64,000 bases of DNA from an uncultured Acidobacteriota bacterium (lineage in GTDB: Bacteria > Acidobacteriota > Vicinamibacteria > Vicinamibacterales > UBA2999): contig CAWFTF010000011.1 of NCBI GenBank assembly GCA_963818645.1, positions 85,597 through 149,596 on the forward strand, given 5' to 3'. The notes under the pieces are model-generated. The model made no database searches. It was not told the origin of the DNA and saw nothing but the letters and a program-made list of their open reading frames with translations. Both the position numbers and the translations under genes were made by a program. Positions within the stretch are counted from its first letter, which is position 1. The number at the start of each line of letters is the position of its first letter. Of this stretch, positions 39,834 through 49,006 are shown one piece after another.

Positions 39834-41678
39834 ATGAGGGTTGCCCCGATCTGCAGTGCTGCGTTTCTCCTCCTGGTTCCGTGTCTGGCCGCCGCGCAGC
39901 AGCCCGCGCCATCGGGTGCTGCCGTCTACAAGCAACGCTGCGCAGGGTGTCACGAAGGCAGCCTGCCGCGCATGCCGAGCCGTCAGGCGCTGGGCGCGAT
40001 GTCACCGGAGCACATCGAAAGCGAGCTCGCCTCGTTCAGCATGCGCCGGCAAGGCGCATCGCTCAGCCCCGCAGAGCGAAGAGCGGTTGCCGAATTTCTC
40101 ACTGGTCGTCCCACAGGCTCATATCGCGCGCCGATCGCAATCATCCCGAAGAGCGCGTACTGCACCGCCGCATCGTCCACAGGCGATCCGTTGAACGGCG
40201 CGTCGTGGAACGGGTGGGGGATCGATTTGCAGAACACACGGCATCAGCCGGCGGCGGCAGCAGGACTCACTGCGAGTGACATTCCGCGTCTGAAGCTCAA
40301 ATGGTCGTTTGGGTTTGCGGGTGCCTCCGCCTCCGGTTCTCAAGTGTCCATCGTCGGTAACCGCGTGTTCGTCGGTAGCCGCAACGGTGTGATGTATGCG
40401 CTGGATCGCGAGACCGGCTGTCTCGTCTGGGCGTTCGAGGCTGATGCGGGAACGAGATCGACGCCGGTTGTCGTGCGGGCAGCAGGGCCGAATGCGGCGA
40501 CCGTGTACTTCGGTGACGCGCACGCACAGGTTTACGCGCTCGATGCCGCGACGGGTGCGCTCAAATGGAAGGTCAAGGTCGAGGAGCATCCCGACGCGAT
40601 GATCACGGGCGGCGTGGTCTTTCACGACAACCGGCTCTACGTGCCCGTGTCGTCCCTCGAAGAGGGCACCGCCGTGCTGACGTCCTATGAATGCTGCACC
40701 TTCCGGGGGAGCATCGTCTCGCTCGATGTGGCGACGGGAAAACAGGTCTGGAAGACCTACACCATCCCGCGCACACCGGAACCGGCGGGAACGAACAGCG
40801 TAGGGACGCAGCTGCGTGCGCCGTCCGGTGCGGCAGTGTGGTCGGCACCTGCGCTCGAACCGGAGCGCAATCGTCTCTACATCACGACGGGGGACAGCTA
40901 TTCGGCACCGGCAGCGCCGGAGAGCGATTCGATCATGGCGCTCGCGATGGATACGGGTCGCGTGCTCTGGATCCGCCAGACGCTCCAGAGCGACTCATGG
41001 AACACGGCGTGCCTCGGCACGACGCCGGCGGAGAAGATCAACTGTCCTACGCAGAGTGGGCCCGACCACGACTTCGGAAGTTCGCCTGCGCTGGCGACGA
41101 CACCGAACGGGCAACGGGTGCTGCTGGCGGGTCAGAAGTCGGGCGCGCTTTTCGGCATCAACCCGGACACGGGCGATGTGCAGTGGAAGACGCAGGTCGG
41201 AGAAGGCGGCGTGCTCGGCGGCATCGAATGGGGATTCTCCGTCGATTCCGACGTCGCGTACGTGTCGCTCTCGAGCGCGTTCGAAAAGAAACCGGGACAG
41301 GCAGGTGGTCTCGTTGCGATCAACGTCGCGGACGGAAGCCCGCGCTGGTCAGCGCCGCCTGCGGCCGACACGTGCGCGGGCCGGCAAGGCTGCAACACCG
41401 CGCAGCCGGCCGCGGTGTCGTCGATCCCTGGCGCGGTGTTCTCAGGCAGCCTCGACGGTCACTTCCGGGCGTACGACAGCAGCAGCGGCAAGGTGCTGCT
41501 CGACGTGAACACGATCAACGAGTACGACACGGTGAACGACGTGCCGGCGCGCGGCGGGTCGATCAACGGCCCTGGCGCATCGATCGCGGGCGGCATGGTG
41601 TTCGTGAACTCGGGCTACAGCACGATCGGCTTCATGCCCGGCAACGTGCTCCTCGCGTTCTCGGTGGACGGGAAATAG
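39834..41678 (+). CDS. PQQ-dependent quinohaemoprotein dehydrogenase (N-terminal haem c, PVA-dehydrogenase-like), intact
   Basis: 614 aa with a signal peptide, CAGCH, then propeller blades. It is collinear with 57577..59427 and the frameshifted 20683..22588. Confidence 0.85.
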   Translation: MRVAPICSAAFLLLVPCLAAAQQPAPSGAAVYKQRCAGCHEGSLPRMPSRQALGAMSPEHIESELASFSMRRQGASLSPAERRAVAEFLTGRPTGSYRAPIAIIPKSAYCTAASSTGDPLNGASWNGWGIDLQNTRHQPAAAAGLTASDIPRLKLKWSFGFAGASASGSQVSIVGNRVFVGSRNGVMYALDRETGCLVWAFEADAGTRSTPVVVRAAGPNAATVYFGDAHAQVYALDAATGALKWKVKVEEHPDAMITGGVVFHDNRLYVPVSSLEEGTAVLTSYECCTFRGSIVSLDVATGKQVWKTYTIPRTPEPAGTNSVGTQLRAPSGAAVWSAPALEPERNRLYITTGDSYSAPAAPESDSIMALAMDTGRVLWIRQTLQSDSWNTACLGTTPAEKINCPTQSGPDHDFGSSPALATTPNGQRVLLAGQKSGALFGINPDTGDVQWKTQVGEGGVLGGIEWGFSVDSDVAYVSLSSAFEKKPGQAGGLVAINVADGSPRWSAPPAADTCAGRQGCNTAQPAAVSSIPGAVFSGSLDGHFRAYDSSSGKVLLDVNTINEYDTVNDVPARGGSINGPGASIAGGMVFVNSGYSTIGFMPGNVLLAFSVDGK

Positions 41679-41729
41679 GCTCTCGGCTCTGGGCTCTCGG
41701 CTTTGGGAGTTGGAAAGTTGGGAGTTGAG
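41678..41729. repeat. Direct heptamer run: GGCTCTC x3-4, then GGGAGTT x3
   Basis: GGCTCTCGGCTCTGGGCTCTCGGCTTTGGGAGTTGGAAAGTTGGGAGTTGAG, between convergent stops. No complementary arm is present. Confidence 0.7.
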
Positions 41730-42503
41730 TTAGAGCTTCTGCGCTTCTGCGATCTCGACGGCGCCGATGCGTCCGTTGTGCAGCGCCGTCGCGAGAAGCG
41801 CGCCGTTGCAGCCCGACTTCGCGACGCGCACGAGGTCGTCCCACTCGCGCACTCCGCCACCGGCGATCAGTCTCAGGTCGGGAGCCGCTGCGCGGATCCG
41901 TTTCAGTAGATCGACGTCGAGGCCGCGACCGGTTCCAACGCGCGCGAGATCGATCACGATCAGCGTGCCAACTCCCGAACTCGCCGCGGTCTTCGCGATG
42001 CTCTCTGGCGACAGCACACTCGGAAGCTCGACTCCGTTGGTGACCATCGGTTCGCCATCGCGCAGGTCGAGGCTGAAGACGACAGGCTCCTTCCCGAGCG
42101 CTGTGCAGATGTTCGAGAGCACCTCGAAGGACGGAAGCGTCTCGAGGCCGACGATCACGCGGCTGGCGCCGAGTTCGATCGCCCGCCGTGCATCGTGAAC
42201 CGATCGCACGCCGGCATCGAGCCAGAGGGGCGCGGACAGCGACGCGAGATCCTTCGTCACATCGTCCTGCGGCCGACGCTCGAGGATCGCATCGAGGTCC
42301 GCGGCATAGATGTCCGAGACGCCGAGAACGTCGGTGTAGATCTCGGCCAGCGTCCGCGCGTTGCCGGGATCGATTGGCCAGCCCGCCGCATTCTGAACCG
42401 CCGAGTAGCGATCGCGCGCACCGGCACGCGCATGAACGGCGCGGCCGCCCTGCAAGTCGAGGACGCCGATGATCTGCAGTCTGTTGCCCTCCTTGATGAC
42501 CAT
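41730..42503 (-). CDS. HisA/HisF-family (beta/alpha)8 barrel protein of H4MPT gene islands
   Basis: 258 aa from ATG 42503. ...IIGVLDLQGGRAVHA..., ...VIDLARVGTGRG.D..L......, ...IAGGGVR... are the phosphate-binding motifs of the HisA/HisF fold. Confidence 0.7.
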   Translation of the reverse strand: MVIKEGNRLQIIGVLDLQGGRAVHARAGARDRYSAVQNAAGWPIDPGNARTLAEIYTDVLGVSDIYAADLDAILERRPQDDVTKDLASLSAPLWLDAGVRSVHDARRAIELGASRVIVGLETLPSFEVLSNICTALGKEPVVFSLDLRDGEPMVTNGVELPSVLSPESIAKTAASSGVGTLIVIDLARVGTGRGLDVDLLKRIRAAAPDLRLIAGGGVREWDDLVRVAKSGCNGALLATALHNGRIGAVEIAEAQKL

Positions 42504-42606
42504 GGTGCTTCCCCGATGGTCGCGCGTCAACTCGGGCGGGAGTAGACTTGCACCCGTTGTGAGGACGCAAGCACGGTCCGATGGGCCGTCCGATAAGGGA
42601 AGAACG

Positions 42607-43893
42607 ATGAGCAGAGTAGTTGGCCTCATATCGGTGGTGATACTGGTGGTCGCTGGGCGCTTGATGTTCGCGGCGGGTTCGGTGCCTGTGGGCAAGGCTG
42701 AGGACGTCGGCCTCTCGACGGAGCGACTGAAGCGAATCAGCGAAGCGGTCGATCGTCACCTCGCGGCGGGCAACGTTGCGGGTGCGGTGACGCTCGTCGC
42801 TCGACGAGGCAAGATCGCGCACTTCGAGGCGCAGGGCGTCATGGACGTGGACACGAAGAAGCCGATGGCGAAGGACAACCTGTTCCGCCTGGCGTCCATG
42901 TCGAAGCCGATCACGGGTGTCGCGGTCATGATGCTCGTCGAGGAAGGGAAGATCCGGCTGACCGATCCGGTCTCGCGCTTCATCCCGGAGTTTGCCAACC
43001 TGAACAAGGTCGCTGTGCCGCGACCGGGTCCACAGGGTCCAGCACCCGGTCCGCCCGCGCAGGGGCAGGCAGGCACGCCCGCGTACGATGTCGTCTCCGC
43101 GAATCGTCCGATCACGATCGCAGATCTGCTGAAGCACGGATCGGGTCTCGTGAGCGGTGGCCTCGGTGCGGGTGATGCCGCACGCCTCGCTCCGCGCTCG
43201 CCTACCGACACGCTGGCGATCTACATTCCAAAGCTCGCCAGCGTCCCGCTCGACTTCCAGCCTGGCGCGCTGTGGCGCTACAGCGGACAGGCCGGCTTCG
43301 ATGTCCTCAGTCGCATCGTCGAAGTCGTGTCCGGGCAGACGTACGACAAGTTCCTCCAGGAGCGACTGCTCGGTCCTCTCAATATGCCGGACACCGGGTT
43401 CTTCGCGCCGGCAAACAAGGCGGCGAGAGTCGTCACGATGTCGGAGTCGACGCCGAACGGCCTCCGCTCCGTCGCGCGCACCGATTCGACGGTGTACTTC
43501 TCAGGCGCCGGCGGCATGATGAGCACTGCCGAGGACTACCTCCAGTTCGCGCAGATGATGCTCAATGGTGGCGAGCTGAATGGGCGTCGCTATCTCAGTC
43601 CGCAGACAATGGCGCTGATGACGTCGAACCATACGGGCGACATGGTGAACGGACAGTTCGGCCGTCCGGCACGCGGGATGGGATTCGGATTGAGCATGCA
43701 GGTGGTGATGGATCCGGTTGCCGCGGATCTTCGAGTCTCGAAGGGCGCGTTCGGGTGGGCCGGTGGCACGGGCGTCAGCTTCTGGGTCGAGCCAGCGGAG
43801 CAGATCGTCTCAATTTATTTCGTTCAGGGTGGAACGGGTGGCCAGCTGCGCGGCGACGTGGAGAACGCGATCCGGCAATCGATCATCAATTGA
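42607..43893 (+). CDS. Serine hydrolase, class C beta-lactamase/esterase family
   Basis: 428 aa from ATG 42607, with an N-terminal membrane/signal segment, the SxxK motif ASMSKPITG, and a later YS.. and (H/K)xG region. Confidence 0.8.
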   Translation: MSRVVGLISVVILVVAGRLMFAAGSVPVGKAEDVGLSTERLKRISEAVDRHLAAGNVAGAVTLVARRGKIAHFEAQGVMDVDTKKPMAKDNLFRLASMSKPITGVAVMMLVEEGKIRLTDPVSRFIPEFANLNKVAVPRPGPQGPAPGPPAQGQAGTPAYDVVSANRPITIADLLKHGSGLVSGGLGAGDAARLAPRSPTDTLAIYIPKLASVPLDFQPGALWRYSGQAGFDVLSRIVEVVSGQTYDKFLQERLLGPLNMPDTGFFAPANKAARVVTMSESTPNGLRSVARTDSTVYFSGAGGMMSTAEDYLQFAQMMLNGGELNGRRYLSPQTMALMTSNHTGDMVNGQFGRPARGMGFGLSMQVVMDPVAADLRVSKGAFGWAGGTGVSFWVEPAEQIVSIYFVQGGTGGQLRGDVENAIRQSIIN

Positions 43894-43900
43894 GTGTGTT

Positions 43901-44128
43901 GGAGATAGCGGAGGGTTCGGAGGAAACGGTTAACCGCGGAGACACGGAGACGCGGAGGACAAAACGGACGGATGCCAATGCGCGAGTCGAACGCGCGCGA
44001 TCGCGCGACGCGGCGTATGCTGCTATCCATTGGCCGCCGAATGGCCGGCCCACCGGCCTGGCGTCCGATCTCCGCGTTCTCCGTGACCTGCCGTGGTGAT
44101 CCGTTAACTCCGTCATCTCCGTTATCTC
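43901..44128. repeat. About 230-nt nested imperfect palindrome built from CGGAGA-type units
   Basis: The left arm (43901-43958, GGAGATAGCGGAGGGTTCGGAGGAAACGGTTAACCGCGGAGACACGGAGACGCGGAGG) faces the right arm (44064-44128, ...CTCCGCGTTCTCCGTGAC...CCGTTAACTCCGTCATCTCCGTTATCTC). The centre holds further palindromes (GCCAATG...CATTGGC, CGCGCGATCGCGCG). Confidence 0.7.
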
Positions 44129-44145
44129 GAACGTGAGGACAAACG

Positions 44146-45038
44146 ATGCGACTAAGACTGACGTGGCTCGGTATCGCGCTGATAGTGACCGCACTGATCG
44201 GTGTCGATGTCAGTGCTCAGGCAGGCGAAGCCGGCGCAGCCGCCGAAGAGCCTTCGGCTCTACGTGTTCGACTGCGGCGTGATCAACGTGAATCGCGCGG
44301 GCACCGAGCGCTACAAGGTCACGCCGGAAGAAGTGGGCGAGACACGGTTCTCGGTGCCGTGCTTCCTGGTCGCGCATCCGAAGGGCACGCTGATGTGGGA
44401 TCTCGGCATCCTGCCCGACGAGACCGTCGAGGCCCGCGCGCGCGGCGAGCAGGGGAATCCAACCGCGACGTCCGCGGCGGTGACGACGGTTCCGCGTACG
44501 CTCGCGAGCCAGTTGGCGGATCTCGGGTATCGTCCGGCGGACATCACCTACTTTGCGTTCTCGCACGCGCACACCGATCACAACGCCAACGCGAACCTGT
44601 TCGCCGGTTCGACGTGGCTGGCGCGGCCGGCCGAGCGCGCGTTCATGTGGGAGGAAGGCAATACGCGCGTCAACCGCACGTTCTACGACAAGATCAAGGA
44701 CTCGAAGTCGATCAGCCTCGACAAGGACGAGTACGACGTCTTCGGCGACGGCAGCGTGATCCTCAAAGCGGCGCCTGGCCATTCGCCCGGCCATCAGGTG
44801 ATGGTGCTCAATCTGCCGAAGACGCGGCCGCATCATGATCGCGGGCGACCTCTATCACTACCCGCAGGAGCGCACGTTGCACCGGCCGCCGCCGGACACC
44901 GAGTTCAGCGTCCAGCAGTCAGCCGCGTCGCGCGTGATGATCGAGGAGTATCTGAAGAACACGAAGACCGAGATCTGGATCTCGCACGACTTCGTCGCGA
45001 ACGCCAAGCTGAAAAAGTCGCCGGCGTATTACGAGTAG
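44146..45038 (+). pseudogene. Metallo-beta-lactamase-fold hydrolase (N-acyl-homoserine-lactonase-like), two frameshifts
   Basis: The signal peptide is in the frame of ORF 44146, the core (HAHTDH, ...APGHSPGH...) in the frame of ORF 44201, and the C-terminus (...IMIAGDLYHYPQE...SHD) in the frame of ORF 44835. One-nt corrections are needed near 44224 and 44825. Confidence 0.7.
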
Positions 45039-45067
45039 TCCCCGGTCCCCGGTCCTCGGTCCTGGGT
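45039..45067. repeat. TCCCCGG heptamer run x4
   Basis: TCCCCGGTCCCCGGTCCTCGGTCCTGGGT exactly fills the gap between convergent stop codons. Confidence 0.65.
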
Positions 45068-46110
45068 TACGCCAGTCGGGGCAAGAGACGCACGGCATTG
45101 TCGCGGTCGATCGCTCGCAGGTCGGCCGCGCTCAACAGTTTCAACTCGCTCAATGCCTTCACGTACTCTGCGCTCGTGCCGCCGGGCGGGAAGTCGGTGC
45201 CGAATAGAATCTGCGACGGCTTGACCAGTTCGAGGAGCGACGCCACTGCGCCGCGATTCGATGCGCCGGCCAGGTCGTAGTAGAACTTCCTGATCTCGGC
45301 GATGAAGCCGTTCGGCAGCCGATCCTTCGCGTTGTTGGACGCGCCCTCGATGCGCCCGGCGAGGAACGGCACCGTCCCGCCGGCGTGCGACCAGATGAAT
45401 TGGACACCAGGGAAGCGCGCCGCGTCGCCGCTGAACGCGACGCCCATGATTGCGCGCGTCGTGTCCGTCCCGTACTCCATGCTCCCGGGCGCGACGCCTT
45501 GCGCGTAGTCGAGATTGCGGCAGCAGTTGGCGGCCGTCGGGTGGACGTGCACGACGGCCTTGCGCCGATTCAGTTCCTCCATCACGGGACGGAACTTCGC
45601 GTTGCCCAGCCACATGTCGCCGTAGCTGGTGAAGAAGCCGACGCCGTCCACCTTCAACGTGTCGTATGCGTACGCGATCTCCGCGAGCGTGGCGTCGACG
45701 TCGGGCAGCGGCATGGCTGCGAACAGTCCGAACCGCGTCGGATGATCCTGAACGAGCTTCGCGCCGTACTCATTGCACGCCCGCGCCAACTGTTTGGTCA
45801 TGGGCGCATCGCCGAACCACAGTCCCGGGTTCGTGATTGACACCATCGAGGCTGCGACGCCGCCGCGATCCATGTCTTCGATCGACTTCTCCGGCGTCCA
45901 GGTGGTGTTCGCCGGCTGAAGCAGCGGCCGCCCCTTGACGGCCGTGACCCACGCGGGCGGCGCGAAGTGATGGTGGATGTCGATGCGAAATGGTCTGGCC
46001 GATGATGTTGACTGAGCGAGCGCGAACAGGTGTTCTGCGCCGGCGCTCGCCGCCAGCCCGGACGACGCGAGCAGGCCGGCAATCAGCTGCCGTCGTCTGA
46101 GATCGATCAT
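45067..46110 (-). CDS. Amidohydrolase_2 (ACMSD-like decarboxylase/hydrolase) family protein with Tat-like signal
   Basis: 347 aa. It has MIDLRRRQLIAGLL..., an HxH motif (IDIHHHF) and a late ...FGTDFP... motif. Confidence 0.8.
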   Translation of the reverse strand: MIDLRRRQLIAGLLASSGLAASAGAEHLFALAQSTSSARPFRIDIHHHFAPPAWVTAVKGRPLLQPANTTWTPEKSIEDMDRGGVAASMVSITNPGLWFGDAPMTKQLARACNEYGAKLVQDHPTRFGLFAAMPLPDVDATLAEIAYAYDTLKVDGVGFFTSYGDMWLGNAKFRPVMEELNRRKAVVHVHPTAANCCRNLDYAQGVAPGSMEYGTDTTRAIMGVAFSGDAARFPGVQFIWSHAGGTVPFLAGRIEGASNNAKDRLPNGFIAEIRKFYYDLAGASNRGAVASLLELVKPSQILFGTDFPPGGTSAEYVKALSELKLLSAADLRAIDRDNAVRLLPRLA

Positions 46111-46112
46111 CG

Positions 46113-47554
46113 CTACTCCGATGCGCCGAGCGATCGGAGCAGATCGACCATGCTCTGTCGTCCGGCTCGTGTAGCCACTGCCGCGAGCGGCGTCAGCCCT
46201 TTTGCGTTGCGGACGTTGAGATCGGCGCCCTGGCTGGCGAGCAGCTTCACCACCTCGCCGTACCCCTGCGCTGCCGCGATGTGCACCACGGTGTCACCGG
46301 CGGGATTGACGGCGTTGATGTCGCTGCCGAGAGCGAGCGCCGCCGAGACCGCCTCCAGCACCTGACTGTCGGGCTCGACCTTGCCGCCGTCGAGAATCGC
46401 CAGCCCGCGACGGTCGGTGCCGCGTTTCTCGTCCTGAACCGGTGGGGTGATGCCCATGCCGGCGGCGGCCATGAGCGGTGTGGCGCCGTCTTTCATCGGC
46501 AGGCGCGTGTCGGCGCCGGCGGCGGCGAGCGCTCGCATGATGTCCGCCTCGAGGAACTTCGCCGCGAGCAGATATGGCGTTGCGCCGATCAACGTCTTCG
46601 GCAGCTCGAAGTCCTGGCTGTTGCGCCGCACCGGCGTGCCCTGTCGTCATCTGTGCGTTCGGGTTGGCCTGGTGCGCGAGCAGCGCGTTCACGAGATCCA
46701 GATCGCTCCGCAAGTACGGCCGCGTGCAGGGCGGTGTAGCCGACCGCCGCGGCATTCGCGTCGGCCCCCTTGTCGAGCAGCACCTTCGCGACAGCGCTGT
46801 TGCCGCTGTGCGCGGCGACGACGAGCGCGCTCGCACCATCGGGCAGCGCGTCGTTGACATCCGCGCCCGCGGCGATCAGCAGGCGTGCGGACTCGGCGTC
46901 GCCCGATCGCGCGGCGAAGAGGATCGCCGTGCTGCCTCCGCGGGGAACGTCGTAGTTCAATTCCTCGCGGCCGGCACGTTGCGTCACTTCGCTCGTGACG
47001 GTCTGGATGTAGCTTCGCGATCGCGCGCGGACGTCGGCGCCGCCTTCCAGCAGCGCGTTCACGGTTTCGGGATGCGCCTGCGCCGCGGCCCACATCAACG
47101 CGGTCTGATCGCGGCCGGGTTCCTTCGCGTTGACACTCGCACCGCGCGCCAGGAGCGCCTTCACACCGGCAGCGTCACCGGTGCGTGCGCACGTCATCAA
47201 CGCGGTCTCGCCGCTGACGAGCGCGGCGTTGGCGTTCGCGCGTGATTGCAGGAGTCGTTCGACCAGCGCGCCCTGACGATTGAGGCAGGCGAGATAGAGC
47301 GGCGTGACGCCGGTGTCGTCGGCCACGTCGGTCTTGGCGCCGGCCTTCAACAACAGATCGACGGTGTTCGCGTCGCTGAAATGCACGGCCCAATGAAGGG
47401 CAGTGGCGCCGTCGCGCTGGCGCGCGTTGACGTCGACCTTCTGCTTGAGCAGCGATTGGACGGTCTCGGTGTTGCGTGACTTGATCGCGTCAATCAGTCG
47501 AAGGTCATTCGCCGCCAAGAGCACAGTAGATGCAACCAGAACCGATATCGACAC
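46113..47554 (-). pseudogene. Exported ankyrin-repeat protein, two frameshifts
   Basis: Ankyrin units (..G.TALH.A......VV..LL..GA..N) run through three minus frames (ORFs 46589..47554, 46294..46860, 46113..46631). The frame switches lie near 46710 and 46640. Confidence 0.75.
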
Positions 47555-47614
47555 ACAGAGACTCAGAGGCAGTGAGAAGAATGATTTCTCTGTGCCCAGT
47601 GCCTCGGTGTGTCG
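47549..47614. repeat. Imperfect 66-nt hairpin between DUF1552 and ankyrin genes
   Basis: CGACACACAGAGACTCAGAGGCA... pairs with ...TGCCTCGGTGTGTCG. It overlaps the GTG start at 47554. Confidence 0.55.
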
Positions 47615-47644
47615 TAGACGGGCATAAACACGCGAATCACCCGG

Positions 47645-48995
47645 CTAGATTCCCGCAAGCGCCCGGTCGTCCAGCCGTCCCGTGCTGTCGCCGATGCGAT
47701 CGAGATGCACGCCGAGCTTGTCGAGCAGCGTGAGGTGCAGGTTCGCGAGCGGCGTCTCCTTCGGGTACGCGATGTGACGGCCCGCCTTTGAGCTGCGCCG
47801 AACGTCCACCGGCCAGCACGAGCGGGATGTTGCGCGGGTCGTGCGCGTTGCAGTCGCCCATGCCGGTCCCGTACATCATGATCGTGTGGTCGAGCAGCGA
47901 GCCATCGCCGTCGGGCGTCGACCGCAGCTTGTCCAGCAGATACGCGAACTGCGTGACGTGATAGTGGTTGATCTTCGTCACCTTGACGATCTTCTCGGCC
48001 TCCTGCTGATGATGCGTGATCGGGTGATGCGCATCGGGCACGCCGACCTGCGGATACGTGACGCCGCTGAACTCGCGACCCAGCATGAACGTGACCACTC
48101 GTGTGAGGTCGGTCTGGTAGGCGAGGACCTGCAGATCGCACATCAACCTGACGTGCTCGTCGTAGGATGCCGGGATGCCCGCGGGATGGTCGAGGACCGG
48201 CAGTTCCTTGTCGCCCTGCTCCTCGGCTTTCTGGATGCGACGCTCGACGTCGCGGATGGCGTCCAGGTACTCGACCAGCTTCACGCGATCGCTCGCGCCG
48301 AGCGAGCCCTGCAGGTGCGCGACTTCATCGCGCACGGAATCGAGCACGCTGCGATCCTGTTTCATGCGAGCGAGACGCGTGCGGGCATCGGTGTTCTGGC
48401 TGTCACCGAAGAGGCGCTCGAACACGGCGCGTGGATTGTTCTCGGTGGGCAGCGGTGTCGCGGAACCCAGCCACGAGATCGTGTTCGTGTACGCGCAGGC
48501 GAATCCGACGTCGCACGCCCCGGCGGTTTCCGTCGACTCGACGGCCAGTTCGAGCGATGCGAGCTGCGTGGATGCGCCGATTTCTCTGGCTGCGATCTGA
48601 TCCATCGAGATGCCGGCATCGAGCCACGTCTCGCTGGTCGGCGGCGAGATATCGGTGAGGAAGCGCGTGCTCGCCTTCGCATGCGCACCGCCCGGACGTC
48701 CCGGACTGGGCACGCAGGCCAGGTTGCTGAGCACGAGCAGGTCGTCGCGGAACGGCGCCAGCGGCGCGAGCGTCGGTGTGAGCTCGAAGCCCACGCCTTC
48801 GGCGACCGGTGTCCACTGGTTCATGACCATGCCGTTCGGCACGTACATCACGCCGAACCGCGTGATGGGCTTCGCGGGAGTGTTCTGCAGTGCCGTCAGC
48901 GACGGCACCATCGCGTCGAGCAGCGGCAACGCCATCGTCGCGCCCAGACCTCGCAACACCGCGCGCCGCGGAATGGCTTTCTTCGTGATCAGCAT
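47645..48995 (-). pseudogene. DUF1552 (HXXSHH) family protein with Tat-like signal, frameshifted near 47781
   Basis: ATG 48995 (RBS GGAGCAG) opens MLITKKAIPRRAVLRGLG..., with the motif HHPITHH. The last ~43 codons (RHIAYPKETPLANLHLTLLDKLGVHLDRIGDSTGRLDD...*) are in another frame and match the end of the paralogue 60928..62271. Confidence 0.8.
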
Positions 48996-49006
48996 CTGCA
49001 CTGCTC

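Noticed and set aside
41632-43137. 501-aa minus-strand ORF
   Set aside because: It overlaps the HisA-like gene in another frame and is antisense to the beta-lactamase-family gene. It is Arg-rich with no motifs.
2641-47614. Tandem repeats as CRISPR arrays
   Set aside because: The unit length is 7-9 nt with no unique spacers and no cas genes. The architecture is inverted arms, not repeat-spacer.
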